The notes beneath the pieces were generated by a model. That model was given only the letters and a program-made list of their open reading frames with translations. It was not told where the DNA came from and did no database searches. From Alphaproteobacteria bacterium (GTDB lineage Bacteria > Pseudomonadota > Alphaproteobacteria > UBA9219), in the NCBI GenBank assembly GCA_034002905.1, contig JAVEZQ010000006.1:8337-72336 (forward strand): a stretch of DNA of 64,000 bases, written 5' to 3'. Below, piece after piece: positions 25,320 to 35,421 of this stretch. How positions within the stretch are numbered: the stretch's first letter is position 1; each line of letters begins with the position of its first letter. The position numbers and the translations under genes are program-made.

Positions 25320-26726
25320 ATGCCTATGAGCGAATCTTTTCTGGAAAACAAGACGTTTGACGAAGTGAATGTTGGCGATTCTGCAAAGATCACCCGCAAA
25401 TTGACCCGCAGGGACATTGAACTGTTTGCTGTCGTGTCGGGAGACGTCAATCCAGCGCATTTGGATGATGAATATGCGGATAAAAGCCGTTTTCATGGCA
25501 TTATTGCCCACGGCATGCTGAGCGGTGCGATCTTCTCGGCTGTTCTTGGCACCAAGCTGCCTGGGCCAGGCACAATTTATCTGGAGCAAGGAATCAAGTT
25601 TCTTAAGCCCGTGCGACCTGACGATACCGTCGAGGTGACCCTGACCATCACGGCGAAAGATCCAGAAAAGAAAACGCTGACCTTTAACTGTATAGGTACG
25701 AACCAAAAGGGTCAGGAAGTGATCATCGGCATCGCAACGGTTTTGGCGCCGACGGAAAAGATTCGTTACACCTGCACAGAGTTGCCGGAAGTGAACATTC
25801 TACATCATGATCGCATGAGTATGATGATCGAGAAGGCAAAATCCTTCCAGCCCCTGCGGACGGCCGTTGTTCATCCTTGTGATGCCAACTCTTTGGGCGG
25901 TGCGCATGAAGCGCGGCAAGCGGGCTTGATTGAGCCTGTTCTTGTCGGGCCTGAGGCGAAGATTCGTGCGGCGGCTGAAGCGGCAGGCATTCCTTTGGAT
26001 GGGTATGAGATTGTCAATGTGGAGCACAGCCATGCTGCCGCCATTGAATCCGTGGCCATGGCCCGTAATGGCAAGGTCGGCGCTTTGATGAAGGGAAGCC
26101 TCCACACCGACGAAATCATGGGGGCTGCTGTTCATCGCGAATATGGCTTGCGCACGGAAAGCCGTATGAGCCATGTCTTTGTGATGGATGTACCGACCTA
26201 CAAATTCCCGTTGCTGATCTCGGATGCGGCCCTGAATATTGCGCCGGATTTGGAGTGCAAGAAGTTTATCACGCAAAACGCCATCTATATGGCCCATGCG
26301 ATCGGTATTTTTGATCCCAAGGTTGCCATTCTTGCGGCGGCGGAGACGGTCAACCTTAACATGCCGGCGACATTGGATGCGGCGGCGTTGTGCAAGATGG
26401 CGGATCGTGGCCAGATTGTTGGCGCAACGCTTGATGGCCCTTTGGCTTTCGATAATGCCATCAGCACCGAAGCGGCGCGTGTAAAGGGTATTCACTCGGC
26501 TGTTGCCGGACAGGCCGATATTCTCATCGTTCCCAATATAGAAGCGGGCAATATGCTGGCGAAGCAACTTGCCTATCTCGGGGCAGCTGAGGCCGCCGGC
26601 ATTGTTTTGGGCGCCAAGGTTCCCATTATGCTCACCAGCCGTGCGGACGCGGCGCGTTCACGCCTTGCCTCAGCGGCTTTAGCTGTTCTTGCGAATATCG
26701 AACAGAAAAGCCGATTGGGAGAGTAA
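25320..26726 (+). CDS. MaoC-like dehydratase / phosphate acetyl(butyryl)transferase fusion protein
   Basis: 468 aa. The N-terminal ~150 aa form a hot-dog MaoC domain (SGDVNPAHLDDEYA...FHGIIAHGML), and the C-terminal ~310 aa form a PTA_PTB domain (...ILIVPNIEAGNMLAKQL...). It is followed 3 nt later by ackA. Confidence 0.8.
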   Translation: MPMSESFLENKTFDEVNVGDSAKITRKLTRRDIELFAVVSGDVNPAHLDDEYADKSRFHGIIAHGMLSGAIFSAVLGTKLPGPGTIYLEQGIKFLKPVRPDDTVEVTLTITAKDPEKKTLTFNCIGTNQKGQEVIIGIATVLAPTEKIRYTCTELPEVNILHHDRMSMMIEKAKSFQPLRTAVVHPCDANSLGGAHEARQAGLIEPVLVGPEAKIRAAAEAAGIPLDGYEIVNVEHSHAAAIESVAMARNGKVGALMKGSLHTDEIMGAAVHREYGLRTESRMSHVFVMDVPTYKFPLLISDAALNIAPDLECKKFITQNAIYMAHAIGIFDPKVAILAAAETVNLNMPATLDAAALCKMADRGQIVGATLDGPLAFDNAISTEAARVKGIHSAVAGQADILIVPNIEAGNMLAKQLAYLGAAEAAGIVLGAKVPIMLTSRADAARSRLASAALAVLANIEQKSRLGE

Positions 26727-26728
26727 TT

Positions 26729-27925
26729 ATGGATACGAAAAACGCTGCCGTCCTTGTCATGAATGCCGGCTCGTCGAGCTTGAAATTTGCGCTTTTTGTC
26801 GGGGCGCAGGAAGAGTGCCTTGGGCGCGGCTCGATCACCGGTATCGGGACAAAGGCTGTTTTTGCGGCTAAGGGCCCCGGCTTTGATGGTAAGAAGCTCC
26901 CAGATGTTTCCAATGAAAATTGCAAGAGCCCATCGGAGGGTGCGCGAATTCTTTTAGATTGGCTTGACGAGATTATGCCTGACATCAAGCTTGTCGGTGT
27001 CGGGCATCGTGTCGTTCATGGTGGCGATATGGCCAAGCCGACGATCGTGCGGCCCTATATTCTGGCCTATCTTAAAACGCTTATTCCGCTTGCGCCGCTG
27101 CACCAACCGTTTAATCTGGATATTATTGAGTTTCTTCAGAAAATTCGGCCAAGCGTGTTGCAGGTTGCGTGCTTTGACACGTCGTACCATACGACGGTCC
27201 CGTCTATTCACACGCGCTTTGCCATCCCCCGGATTTGGCATGACAAGGGTGTGCGTCGTTATGGATTTCATGGCTTGTCCTACGAGTATATTTCCCGCCG
27301 CTTGAAAGAGGTTGCGCCGAAGGCCTATGAGGGTAAGACGCTTGTTGCCCATATGGGCAACGGGGCCAGTATGTGTGCGATGGATGGCGGTAAAAGCTTT
27401 GCCACGACCATGGGCTTTTCGGTTCTTGATGGGTTGATCATGGGGACGCGGCCTGGCGTTCTGGATGCCGGGGTTGTCCTGTATTTCTTGCGTGAAGCAA
27501 AGCTTGACGAACCCGCCATCGAGCGCATGCTCTATCATGACTCGGGATTGCGTGGCGTTTCGGGGGTCAGCAATGATATGAGCGTCCTTTTGAAGAGCGA
27601 CAGCCCGAATGCGCGTGAAGCCATCGATCTGTTCTGCCTGCGTGCGACGCGGGAAGGCGGCGGGTTGATTAGCCTTCTTGGCGGCATAGATGCCTTAGTC
27701 TTTACAGGCGGCATTGGCGAGAATGCCGCGCCCATCCGGTCACAGATATTGGAATCTCTGTCGTGGCTGGGGATTCGATATGACCAGAAGCTGAATGCCA
27801 ACTTGCCTCAGGGTGAGGTGCGTATTTCGACGCCGCAAAGCTCGATCGAGGTTTGGGTTGTCCCAACCAACGAGGAGGTTGTTATATCGGGCCACACACG
27901 CGAGGTTTTGACTTCTAGACACTAG
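26729..27925 (+). CDS. ackA: Acetate kinase
   Basis: 398 aa with the N-terminal signature VLVMNAGSSSLKF and the motifs RYGFHGLSYEY and FTGGIGEN. Confidence 0.9.
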   Translation: MDTKNAAVLVMNAGSSSLKFALFVGAQEECLGRGSITGIGTKAVFAAKGPGFDGKKLPDVSNENCKSPSEGARILLDWLDEIMPDIKLVGVGHRVVHGGDMAKPTIVRPYILAYLKTLIPLAPLHQPFNLDIIEFLQKIRPSVLQVACFDTSYHTTVPSIHTRFAIPRIWHDKGVRRYGFHGLSYEYISRRLKEVAPKAYEGKTLVAHMGNGASMCAMDGGKSFATTMGFSVLDGLIMGTRPGVLDAGVVLYFLREAKLDEPAIERMLYHDSGLRGVSGVSNDMSVLLKSDSPNAREAIDLFCLRATREGGGLISLLGGIDALVFTGGIGENAAPIRSQILESLSWLGIRYDQKLNANLPQGEVRISTPQSSIEVWVVPTNEEVVISGHTREVLTSRH

Positions 27926-27952
27926 TTTAACGTCATCTTTCCTTGGTGAACT

Positions 27953-27992
27953 AAGCCGCTCTTGACAGCAGTTGGGGGCGGCTTTCTTTTTT
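27953..27992 (+). terminator. Possible terminator after ackA
   Basis: The arms aagccgc and gcggctt form a 7-bp stem with an 18-nt loop, followed by a T-rich tract. It is weaker than the next hairpin. Confidence 0.4.
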
Positions 27993-28014
27993 GGCGAGTG
28001 CGGTGCTTTCGGGC

Positions 28015-28060
28015 AAAAAAAGAAACCGCAAACAAGCTGTTCGCGGTTTCCTTTTTTTTT
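28015..28060. terminator. Bidirectional rho-independent terminator between convergent ackA and pal
   Basis: The sequence aaaaaaagaaaccgcaaac-aagct-gttcgcggtttcttttttttt forms a 12-bp stem with one mismatch, an A7 run upstream and a T9 run downstream. Confidence 0.85.
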
Positions 28061-28106
28061 AAGCTATCCGACTTGAAGCCGAGTAGCTTTTTGTTTCAGC
28101 TTACGC

Positions 28107-28598
28107 TTACTGAGCGATAACTGTCACAGCGCGGCGGTTTTGAGCCCAAGCAGCTTCGTTGCCGCCCAGAACAGCAGGGCGCTCTTTGCCGTAGCTAACT
28201 GTCTTGATGCGGGCAGAATCGATGCCTGATGCAACAAGGTAGTTCATAGCGGCTGTGGCGCGGCGTTCGCCGAGAGCCAAGTTGTACTCACGCGTGCCGC
28301 GTTCGTCGCAATGGCCTTCGATCGTCACAGCAACCGAAGGATACTTCTTCAACCAAGCAGCCTGGCGGTCGAGTGTCGCACGAGCTTCAGAGGTCAGGTC
28401 GGACTTGTCAAAGCCGTAGAAGACGCGGTCGCCAACATTGACAACCAAATCTTCTTGCGAACCCGGACGAGCCGCGCCCATCGCTGAGCCGTCAGCACCC
28501 ATGCCGTTGGCGCCTGCAGCACCTTCGTCAGAACCGGTTGTGTCGCAAGCAGAGACCAAGACCAGCGCCGCCATGAGGCACATAAACTTTTTGAACAT
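28107..28598 (-). CDS. pal: Peptidoglycan-associated lipoprotein Pal
   Basis: An ATG at 28598 preceded by AAGGGGGAAG gives MFKKFMCLMAALVLVSAC with the lipobox VSAC. The C-terminal OmpA-like domain reads TIEGHCDERGTREYNLALGERRA. It is downstream of tolB. Confidence 0.9.
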   Translation of the reverse strand: MFKKFMCLMAALVLVSACDTTGSDEGAAGANGMGADGSAMGAARPGSQEDLVVNVGDRVFYGFDKSDLTSEARATLDRQAAWLKKYPSVAVTIEGHCDERGTREYNLALGERRATAAMNYLVASGIDSARIKTVSYGKERPAVLGGNEAAWAQNRRAVTVIAQ

Positions 28599-28894
28599 TT
28601 CTTCCCCCTTTGTGAACCTTTGGCGGAATAGGCTGGAGCCGTTCATAGGACTTCAGCTTTAGCCAAGACGATTTCAAGTTAACATTTCCCTGATCCGGCT
28701 GCACATGCATCCGGTCAGCGGCATCGCTTTTTTCCGGGAGAGTAGGTATCCCTTCCGGATTTGAGCAAAACCTGAAGAACAAATTAACGAGTCATAACGC
28801 CTGAATCAAGCGTGCTCTTTTGATTCTTAAGTACAGGTCTTTCGTCAGGACCAAGCGTGGCTGCCACGCAACAGAATCGGCACTCTTGCAATGA

Positions 28895-28927
28895 ATTGTG
28901 GCGAAACCCATCGGGTTTCGCCACAAT
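28895..28927. repeat. Perfect 15-bp inverted repeat (hairpin, 3-nt loop) in the tolB-pal spacer
   Basis: The sequence is attgtggcgaaaccc-atc-gggtttcgccacaat. No U-tract follows on either strand. Confidence 0.8.
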
Positions 28928-28963
28928 CATGCCTCTAAATTGATTCAATCGATCCAAAAAGGA

Positions 28964-30301
28964 TCAGGGGATCAACGGGGACCAAGCTGGATCGGACGCA
29001 TCCATCGGCGTCGGAATTTCCCGCTCATTATATCCCGTTAGATCAATACTGTAGAGACGGGCCCGCCGACCACGGCCACCGCTGCCTGTTGGAAGATCCT
29101 TAAAGTACATCAGGACGCGTCCGTTGGGAGCCCATGTTGGCCCTTCGACGTGGTACGACTCAGTTAGAAGGCGTTCGCCCGTACCGTCTGGACGCATAAC
29201 GCCGATATAGAATCGACCACCTTTTTGCTTTGTGAAGGCTATCAAATCGCCGCGCGGTGACCAGACAGGTGTGGCATACCGGCCATCGCCGAAGCTGATT
29301 CGGTGGACATCGCCGCCGTCGCTCGTCATCACATAAATTTGCTGTGATCCGCCGCGATCGGATTCAAAGGTGATCTTCCGGCCATCGGGAGCAAAGCTGG
29401 GGGACGTGTTGATGGACGGGTGATTGGTCAGCTGCTTTGTGCGGCGTGTGCGTAGATCCATCGTGTAGATGTCGGAGTTTCCTGCCTTTGACAAGCTGAA
29501 GACGACTCGGTTGCCGTCTGGTGCAAAGCGCGGCGCAAAAGTCATGTTGGCAAAGTCACCCAAGACTTCCTGCCGTCCGGTGTCGATGTTGAACAGATAG
29601 ACACGCGGACGATTGCGGTAATAGGCCATATAGGTGATTTCCTGCAATGTCGGCGAGAAGCGTGGAGTCAGAACGAGCGCACGACCATCGCTCAGCAGGC
29701 GATGATTCTCTCCGTCTTGATCCATGATGGCGAGCCTTTTGACGCGGGCTGTTCCGGGCCCACTTTCAGCGATGTAAACGATGCGCGTATCAAAGTAACC
29801 GTCTTCACCGGTCAACCGCTTATAGATTGCATCGGCGATGATATGGGCCACGCGGCGCCAGTTGTTGGGAATAGTGAAGTAGGCAAGGCCTGTCATTTGC
29901 GTTTCGCCAAAGACGTCCCAAAGGCGGAACTCAACCTTCAAGCGACCATCAGCCTGTGTCTGGATGCGGCCAACAACAAGGGCTTGCGCATTCAAAACGC
30001 GCCAATCGGCAAAGCGTGGCGCAACAAGCAGTGAGTCCCCATCCTGAATAAAGGAGCGTGGATCGACCATGGAGAAAAGGCCGGAGCGCACAAGGTCGGC
30101 AGACACGACCTTTGCGATGTCGCGGCCAAACTGGGCCTCGTTGCCACCTGCGCCGTAAAAGGCAGGAATAGCGACTGGTATGGGTTCAACCACGCCGCGC
30201 GTGATGTCGATGCGGATTTCGGCCTTGGCTCCTGTCGGCAAAGCGACGGCGACGAGCAGTGTCAGGAGTGCAAGAGCTTTTTGGAGAGATTTTGTTCTCA
30301 T
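28964..30301 (-). CDS. tolB: Tol-Pal system beta-propeller protein TolB
   Basis: 445 aa with signal peptide [27 protein letters not shown]. It shows repeated WD-like/propeller blocks (P.WSPDG-type: [32 protein letters not shown]). Confidence 0.92.
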   Translation of the reverse strand: MRTKSLQKALALLTLLVAVALPTGAKAEIRIDITRGVVEPIPVAIPAFYGAGGNEAQFGRDIAKVVSADLVRSGLFSMVDPRSFIQDGDSLLVAPRFADWRVLNAQALVVGRIQTQADGRLKVEFRLWDVFGETQMTGLAYFTIPNNWRRVAHIIADAIYKRLTGEDGYFDTRIVYIAESGPGTARVKRLAIMDQDGENHRLLSDGRALVLTPRFSPTLQEITYMAYYRNRPRVYLFNIDTGRQEVLGDFANMTFAPRFAPDGNRVVFSLSKAGNSDIYTMDLRTRRTKQLTNHPSINTSPSFAPDGRKITFESDRGGSQQIYVMTSDGGDVHRISFGDGRYATPVWSPRGDLIAFTKQKGGRFYIGVMRPDGTGERLLTESYHVEGPTWAPNGRVLMYFKDLPTGSGGRGRRARLYSIDLTGYNEREIPTPMDASDPAWSPLIP

Positions 30302-31161
30302 AGCATGTCCCTTGGGTCAAAGTTAAAACGAATAGTTTTCCATTTGTCATACTGATCGGGCGGTAACTCAAGCGGCGTGCACTTGGGATTGCGAAGCGCC
30401 CGAAGGGCAGATTCTGCAGCGGCGCGGAAATAAGGGTCGGTATTCAGGCGCACTTGATCAACAACCTCGGCTGATCGAACTGTACGATCCTCGTTCACTT
30501 CGATCAAGACTTCGACAATGAGTTCCTCGGCATTTCTTGCGCCAATCGGCATGTTCCAGCACCCGCTGATCTGACGTCTCAGAGCGTCTTCCTGACTGAT
30601 GCTCAGACGATCGGCAAGCGCGGGGCCTTGTTGGCTGACTTCCGCTGTCTCGCTTTCGCCTTCGCGTTTTTTGTCCGATTCTTTTGCATCAGCGACAGGA
30701 GAAGGAGCGGGCTTCATTTTTGCCACGTTTTTCAAAACACTAGCCAATGGGTCCACCTGTGGTTGGGGCTTTGGCTTTGGTTTTTCCTTTTCCTTGGGCG
30801 GTTCGGGCTTTTTCTTTTTATCGGGTAAGGCCACTTCGTCCGGTTTCGGAGGCTCTTCCTGAACGGCCGGTTTGGGTTCGGGCGGTGTCGGTTTGGGGGG
30901 CTCCGGCTTTTTTTCAGGTTCGGCAGGAGCCGGTTTTTCCTTGGGGGCGGTGCGGGCCGACTTTTGTTCTTCTTGCGAACGGATACGCGTGTTGGTGATT
31001 TCGCCAATATCCACGATATCGATGGGAACCGGGGTCCACGGCAAAGCGGGGGGCGGACTAAAGAAGGAGGGAAGACCAAAATACAAAAACAGCATCCCAC
31101 CGACATGCAGGGCTGTCGAGATGGTAAGCGGTGTTTTAAGATCTTCGCGTTGTTGTTTCAT
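30298..31161 (-). CDS. tolA: TolA-like protein (TM anchor, Pro/Lys/Glu-rich linker, TolA/TonB-type C-terminal domain)
   Basis: An ATG at 31161 gives [30 protein letters not shown]. The linker reads [26 protein letters not shown]. It lies between tolR and tolB and overlaps the tolB start by 4 nt. Confidence 0.8.
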   Translation of the reverse strand: MKQQREDLKTPLTISTALHVGGMLFLYFGLPSFFSPPPALPWTPVPIDIVDIGEITNTRIRSQEEQKSARTAPKEKPAPAEPEKKPEPPKPTPPEPKPAVQEEPPKPDEVALPDKKKKPEPPKEKEKPKPKPQPQVDPLASVLKNVAKMKPAPSPVADAKESDKKREGESETAEVSQQGPALADRLSISQEDALRRQISGCWNMPIGARNAEELIVEVLIEVNEDRTVRSAEVVDQVRLNTDPYFRAAAESALRALRNPKCTPLELPPDQYDKWKTIRFNFDPRDML

Positions 31162-31236
31162 GTCTGAACAAACGGCCCGGAAAATAGTTGTGCTGGAAAA
31201 GGTCAAGGGAAAAGGAAAAGCGGCTGGATCCTTTGG

Positions 31237-31710
31237 TTATTTTCCTTTCCTGCTTTTAGCGGCGTCTTTGGGGGAAGGGAGTTCGGCAACCAGCGCGACT
31301 TTGGAATAACCTGCGGCACTGATCGTTCCCATAACTTCCATAATCCGGCCATAGGGCACGCCTTGATCGCCGCGAACAAAGATGCGGGCTTCGGGGTTTG
31401 ATCCCGTGATGGCTCGTAGCTTGTCAACGAGCGCGTCGAGTTCGGATTGTGTTTCCTGCAGGTAAACACCGCCTTTCGCATCAATTGAAATGACAAGGGG
31501 TTCCTTGTCTTGCTTGAGAGATTGCGCTTGTGTTTTGGGTAGATCAATCGGCACAGCCACCGTGAGCAAAGGCGCTGTGACCATAAACACGATCAGTAGA
31601 ACAAGCATAACGTCGACAAGTGGCGTAACGTTGATCTCCGCCATGGGGCGATAGCCACCGCGCCGACCGCGCCGGTTGCTGCCGCCGGATTGCATGGTTG
31701 CGCCGCCCAT
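31237..31710 (-). CDS. tolR: Tol-Pal system protein TolR (ExbD family)
   Basis: 157 aa with the block AEINVTPLVDVMLVLLIVFM. Its start overlaps the tolQ stop as TAATG. Confidence 0.9.
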   Translation of the reverse strand: MGGATMQSGGSNRRGRRGGYRPMAEINVTPLVDVMLVLLIVFMVTAPLLTVAVPIDLPKTQAQSLKQDKEPLVISIDAKGGVYLQETQSELDALVDKLRAITGSNPEARIFVRGDQGVPYGRIMEVMGTISAAGYSKVALVAELPSPKDAAKSRKGK

Positions 31711-32435
31711 TAGTGTTCTTCCATGTTGCGAGAGAGAGTCGCCATAAAGTCGTTGGAGAAGTTTTCAAGGCGCGCGCCATAGCGCCCAATCTCGGTCGAG
31801 AATTTATTATAAGCTGCAGTGGCCGGAATGGCGGTCACAAGGCCGAGGGCGGTGGCGAGCAAGGCTTCGGCAATACCAGGCGCCACCACAGTAAGGCTTG
31901 TGTTTTGCGCTTGGGCGATGCCGATAAAGCTGTGCATGATGCCCCAAACGGTGCCGAACAATCCAATGAATGGCGCGATAGAGCTCACGGATGCGAGAAA
32001 GGTCATCCATGTTTCGACCGAAGTCATCTCTCGACCAATCGTGACTTGTAATACGCGGTCAATGCGGTTGAGAATGCTGCTACGGCCCTGCGCGGTTGCC
32101 AGAAGGCCTTTTTCGCTGGCGGTTCGCCATTCCTTCATCCCGGCAACAAAGACGGCCTGCATCGGATCGCCCGGACGCTTGATTTTTTCATAAAGCATGT
32201 CCAAAGAACCCGCATTCCAAAAGCGTTCTTCAAAAAATTCGGCGCGGTGCTTGAGACGCGAGATCTTGTTGATTTTGTCAAAGATAAGAGCCCACGTGAA
32301 AACCGAGATCATGATAAGGCCGATCATAATGGACTTGCCGATGATATCGGCATGACTGAACAGACCAAAAATGGACATATCTACTGGGGCAACAGAACCT
32401 GCCAGCCGAACCTGGTCAACAATTTGGGGATCCAT
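31710..32435 (-). CDS. tolQ: Tol-Pal system protein TolQ (MotA/ExbB family)
   Basis: An ATG at 32435 with GAGGAG upstream gives 241 aa and a MotA/TolQ/ExbB channel domain (IAPFIGLFGTVWGIM). The longer track ORF overlaps the upstream gene. Confidence 0.9.
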   Translation of the reverse strand: MDPQIVDQVRLAGSVAPVDMSIFGLFSHADIIGKSIMIGLIMISVFTWALIFDKINKISRLKHRAEFFEERFWNAGSLDMLYEKIKRPGDPMQAVFVAGMKEWRTASEKGLLATAQGRSSILNRIDRVLQVTIGREMTSVETWMTFLASVSSIAPFIGLFGTVWGIMHSFIGIAQAQNTSLTVVAPGIAEALLATALGLVTAIPATAAYNKFSTEIGRYGARLENFSNDFMATLSRNMEEH

Positions 32436-32463
32436 AAGACTACGCTCCTCGGAAGAAAGAGAA

Positions 32464-33735
32464 TCAGGTGGAAGAAATTTTGGATTCAAGCTTTTGCCGC
32501 CACTCGGGGGGCAAGCGCAAGACCTTTCCGTTATGTGTAATGGCAACCAGTGTCACTTTTAAGGCAACCAGAACATTATTGTCGCGCTTGATATCCTGAT
32601 GCATCAAAAGGCTCGCGCCGCCGATGGAAACCAGCTTGGTTGTTACGATAAGGGAATCGTCAAGGCGCGCAGGGGATTTGTAGTCGACTTCCAGATGCCG
32701 GACGACAAAAATTGGGTCCTTGTCGGTCCAAAGGGGGCCTTCACGTCCCGTGACCGCTCGCACCCATTCACTGCGCGCCCGCTCGGCGTATTTCAAATAA
32801 TTAGCGTAATAAACGACACCTCCCGCATCCGTATCCTCATAATAAACGCGAACGGGAAGGGGGTTAAATCCGTGGCTTGGGGGCGACATAAGCTGTCCAT
32901 AGTCTGTGCTGGTGTGGTGCTTGAGAATGGCCGCCACAACACCGTTGTCGATCAAGTCTTGAAGGGCCGTGTTGATCATGTTCATAAGGGCGGTCTCGTT
33001 GATATCAACAGCGATAACGCCGGGGATTGAGTAAACGGGTTGGTCAAAAGGAATCTGACGAAGGGTCATTGATTGGTTGTTTTTGTTGTAAAGCGACAGG
33101 TTGCTTGGGCCGCTCAAGGTTATATCGGCTTTTTTTAGGGCAACGTCCAAAAAGAGCTGGTCCTCACCACCCATTGTGCCTTTATAGACCAGCGTGGCTT
33201 TAGGGAAAAACCTTTTGGCAACTTGTTCTGACAGGTCTCCACTATTAACCTCTATCTTGACATCCGGCGTGTTAATCGCACTTGGGTTGTTGTCGAAACG
33301 ATGGTCATCTGCTCGGACATAGGCTTGGATGGGGCCATAGGTAAAAGGTATTGAACCTGCCAAAACCTTTCCGCGGGCTGGAGTCATAGCCATGCCTGTA
33401 CAAAAAGCATCGGCTTTTCCGGTCTGAAGCGTTTCTGTGACGGCACCAAAGTCGATTTCTGGTTCCCAAACAATCTGAATTCCGGTGGCTTTTTCAACAT
33501 CGCCCATCAAATCAACAGCAATGCCTGTTAGCTTACCCGTATTGGGATCTTTGCTGATAAAGGGAGGGTAAAGGGCATAAGCACAGCGCAACGTATTGGT
33601 CTTGATAACGCGCTCATAGGCTGTTGATTCAGTTTTTTGCGTGGGTTCCGTGGGGATAAGGGTGTTTTGAAGGAGTAAGGTAATGGCAACAGCGGCGGCG
33701 ATGGTCAAAACTGTTTTCATTTCCTTAGTCCCCAT
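32464..33735 (-). CDS. In-frame fusion of a periplasmic solute-binding domain (SBP family 3-like) to YbgC acyl-CoA thioesterase
   Basis: 423 aa. The N-terminus has a signal peptide/TM ([18 protein letters not shown]) and a ~260-aa amino-acid-binding-like domain. The C-terminal 141 aa (from ATG 32889) form a 4HBT/YbgC hot-dog domain ([22 protein letters not shown]). YbgC sits in its expected place upstream of tolQ. Confidence 0.7.
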   Translation of the reverse strand: MGTKEMKTVLTIAAAVAITLLLQNTLIPTEPTQKTESTAYERVIKTNTLRCAYALYPPFISKDPNTGKLTGIAVDLMGDVEKATGIQIVWEPEIDFGAVTETLQTGKADAFCTGMAMTPARGKVLAGSIPFTYGPIQAYVRADDHRFDNNPSAINTPDVKIEVNSGDLSEQVAKRFFPKATLVYKGTMGGEDQLFLDVALKKADITLSGPSNLSLYNKNNQSMTLRQIPFDQPVYSIPGVIAVDINETALMNMINTALQDLIDNGVVAAILKHHTSTDYGQLMSPPSHGFNPLPVRVYYEDTDAGGVVYYANYLKYAERARSEWVRAVTGREGPLWTDKDPIFVVRHLEVDYKSPARLDDSLIVTTKLVSIGGASLLMHQDIKRDNNVLVALKVTLVAITHNGKVLRLPPEWRQKLESKISST

Positions 33736-34795
33736 TCGTTTCGTCGTTTAGGAAATTAGGATGTGTTTCGTTAAAGCCTGCAGGGGTTTTCATCCCCAGA
33801 TTCTTGAAGCCTGTTTCCGTGAGCATTCTCCCGCGTGGCGTGCGTTGAAGGAGGCCTTGCTGGATCAAATAGGGCTCGATGACTTCTTCCAACACATCGC
33901 GGCTTTCGGACAAAGCGGCTGCCAGCGTTTCCACACCGACGGGACCGCCTGCGTAATGTTCGGCGATCATGGCAAGATAACGGCGATCCATGGCGTCAAA
34001 GCCAAGCTTATCGACCTCAAGCCTCAAGAGAGCTTGATCCGCCAGTTTGGCATCAATCGAAGGGGCCTTGGCCACGGTCGCAAAGTCCCGCACGCGACGA
34101 AGGAGGCGCCCCGCGACGCGTGGCGTGCCTCGGGCGCGTCGTGCTATTTCCTTGGCGCCATCGGGGGTAAGGGGGAAGCCCAGCTTACCCGCGCCGCGCT
34201 CGATGATGCTTTGCAGTTCCTCGACCGTATAGAACTGCAGGCGCAAGGGAATGCCGAACCGCTCACGTAACGGACGGGTGATGAGACCGCTGCGCGTTGT
34301 CGCGCCGATGAGCGTAAAAGGGGGCAGGTCAATCTTGACGGATCGGGCCGCTGGGCCTTCGCCGATGACCAGATCAAGCTGAAAATCCTCCATAGCGGGG
34401 TAAAGAATTTCCTCGACAGCAGCGTTAAGTCTGTGAATTTCATCAATAAACAGAACATCATGCGGCTGAAGATTGGTCAGTAGGGCGGCCAGATCTCCGG
34501 CACGGGCAATGACGGGGCCAGAGGTGCTGCGAAATCCGACTCCCAGCTCATGCGCGACGATCTGGGCGAGTGTGGTCTTGCCAAGGCCCGGTGGGCCAAA
34601 GAACAAGGTGTGATCAAGGGCTTGACCGCGGCCCTTTGCAGCTTGGATGAAGACTCGCAGATTTTCGCGCAGGGCTTTTTGCCCGACAAAGTCATCAAGA
34701 TGCGTGGGCCTAAGCGCAACATCGGGGGCTTCCGTCGCGTGCTCGGTGATGGATACGATCCGGTCTGTCCCTTGGTTCGTTGGCGAAAAGGTCAT
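33725..34795 (-). CDS. ruvB: Holliday junction branch migration ATPase RuvB
   Basis: 356 aa with Walker [12 protein letters not shown] and the motifs DEIHRL and TTRSG. It follows ruvA. Confidence 0.95.
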   Translation of the reverse strand: MTFSPTNQGTDRIVSITEHATEAPDVALRPTHLDDFVGQKALRENLRVFIQAAKGRGQALDHTLFFGPPGLGKTTLAQIVAHELGVGFRSTSGPVIARAGDLAALLTNLQPHDVLFIDEIHRLNAAVEEILYPAMEDFQLDLVIGEGPAARSVKIDLPPFTLIGATTRSGLITRPLRERFGIPLRLQFYTVEELQSIIERGAGKLGFPLTPDGAKEIARRARGTPRVAGRLLRRVRDFATVAKAPSIDAKLADQALLRLEVDKLGFDAMDRRYLAMIAEHYAGGPVGVETLAAALSESRDVLEEVIEPYLIQQGLLQRTPRGRMLTETGFKNLGMKTPAGFNETHPNFLNDETNGD

Positions 34796-35421
34796 GCGCG
34801 GCCCTCAATGTTGGACAGCTCGATAAGGGCCGTTTTAATGAGATTGTCAAGCGTGGCTGTTTCGCCCAGTTTGTTCGCGGCATTGGCTATCGCGCCAAAG
34901 GCTTCCATGCGTCGATAGCCTAGATGAAGCAGCGCGGAAAGGGCGTCGTCGGTCAAACTGTTTTGCGGCAGTGGGTTGGCTGTTGACGTTTGTGTTTTGG
35001 ATGAAGGTAAAAGGACGATATTGGCCACTTTATCCTTCAATTCGGTTACCAAACGAGCCGCTAATTTCGGTCCTACGCCATCAGCTGCGGTTAAAGCCCC
35101 CTTATCGCCTGAGGCTAGGGCCTGCGCGAGCCTTTCCGGCGTCAATATCCCCAAGATGGAAAGGGCTGATTTGGTGCCGACGCCTTGGACGGAGGTCAGA
35201 AGTTTGAACCAGTCGCGCTCGACGGTTGTCGCAAACCCGAACAGGTTGATGGCGTCTTCACGCACATGGGTGTCGATCCAAAGCACTGCGGTGTCACCGA
35301 CCTGCCCGATCATATGCTGGGTCTGGGCCGAGCAAGCGACGAGATACCCAACTCCGTTCACGTCCAAAATAATTTGTTGGCCGGAGATGCTGTCGATCCG
35401 TCCCGTCAATTTGCCGATCAT
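34792..35421 (-). CDS. ruvA: Holliday junction DNA-binding protein RuvA
   Basis: An ATG at 35421 gives [11 protein letters not shown]... (209 aa) and overlaps the ruvC stop as ATGA. HhH motifs are present ([25 protein letters not shown]). Confidence 0.92.
   Translation of the reverse strand: MIGKLTGRIDSISGQQIILDVNGVGYLVACSAQTQHMIGQVGDTAVLWIDTHVREDAINLFGFATTVERDWFKLLTSVQGVGTKSALSILGILTPERLAQALASGDKGALTAADGVGPKLAARLVTELKDKVANIVLLPSSKTQTSTANPLPQNSLTDDALSALLHLGYRRMEAFGAIANAANKLGETATLDNLIKTALIELSNIEGRA

Noticed and set aside
25800-26567. A 255-aa ORF antisense to the Pta-domain gene, plus similar antisense or out-of-frame ORFs inside addA (2688-3308, 3402-3974), divL (9159-9785, 9831-10502), hemN (11703-12272), icmP (19753-20349), icmO (22742-23311), ackA (26954-27538) and gltX (51075-51641)
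   Set aside because: All are nested in genes with strong family signatures on the other strand or frame. Their products are Arg-rich with no motifs.
31710-32546. Long N-terminal extensions in the ORF track for tolQ, pal (28646), flgE (42529), ruvA (35463), tsaE (9526), icmK (54566), icmD2 (60646) and the phosphatase (47872)
   Set aside because: The extensions overlap the upstream gene, run through a promoter or spacer, or precede an obvious signal peptide or conserved N-terminus. Internal starts with Shine-Dalgarno sequences were used instead.
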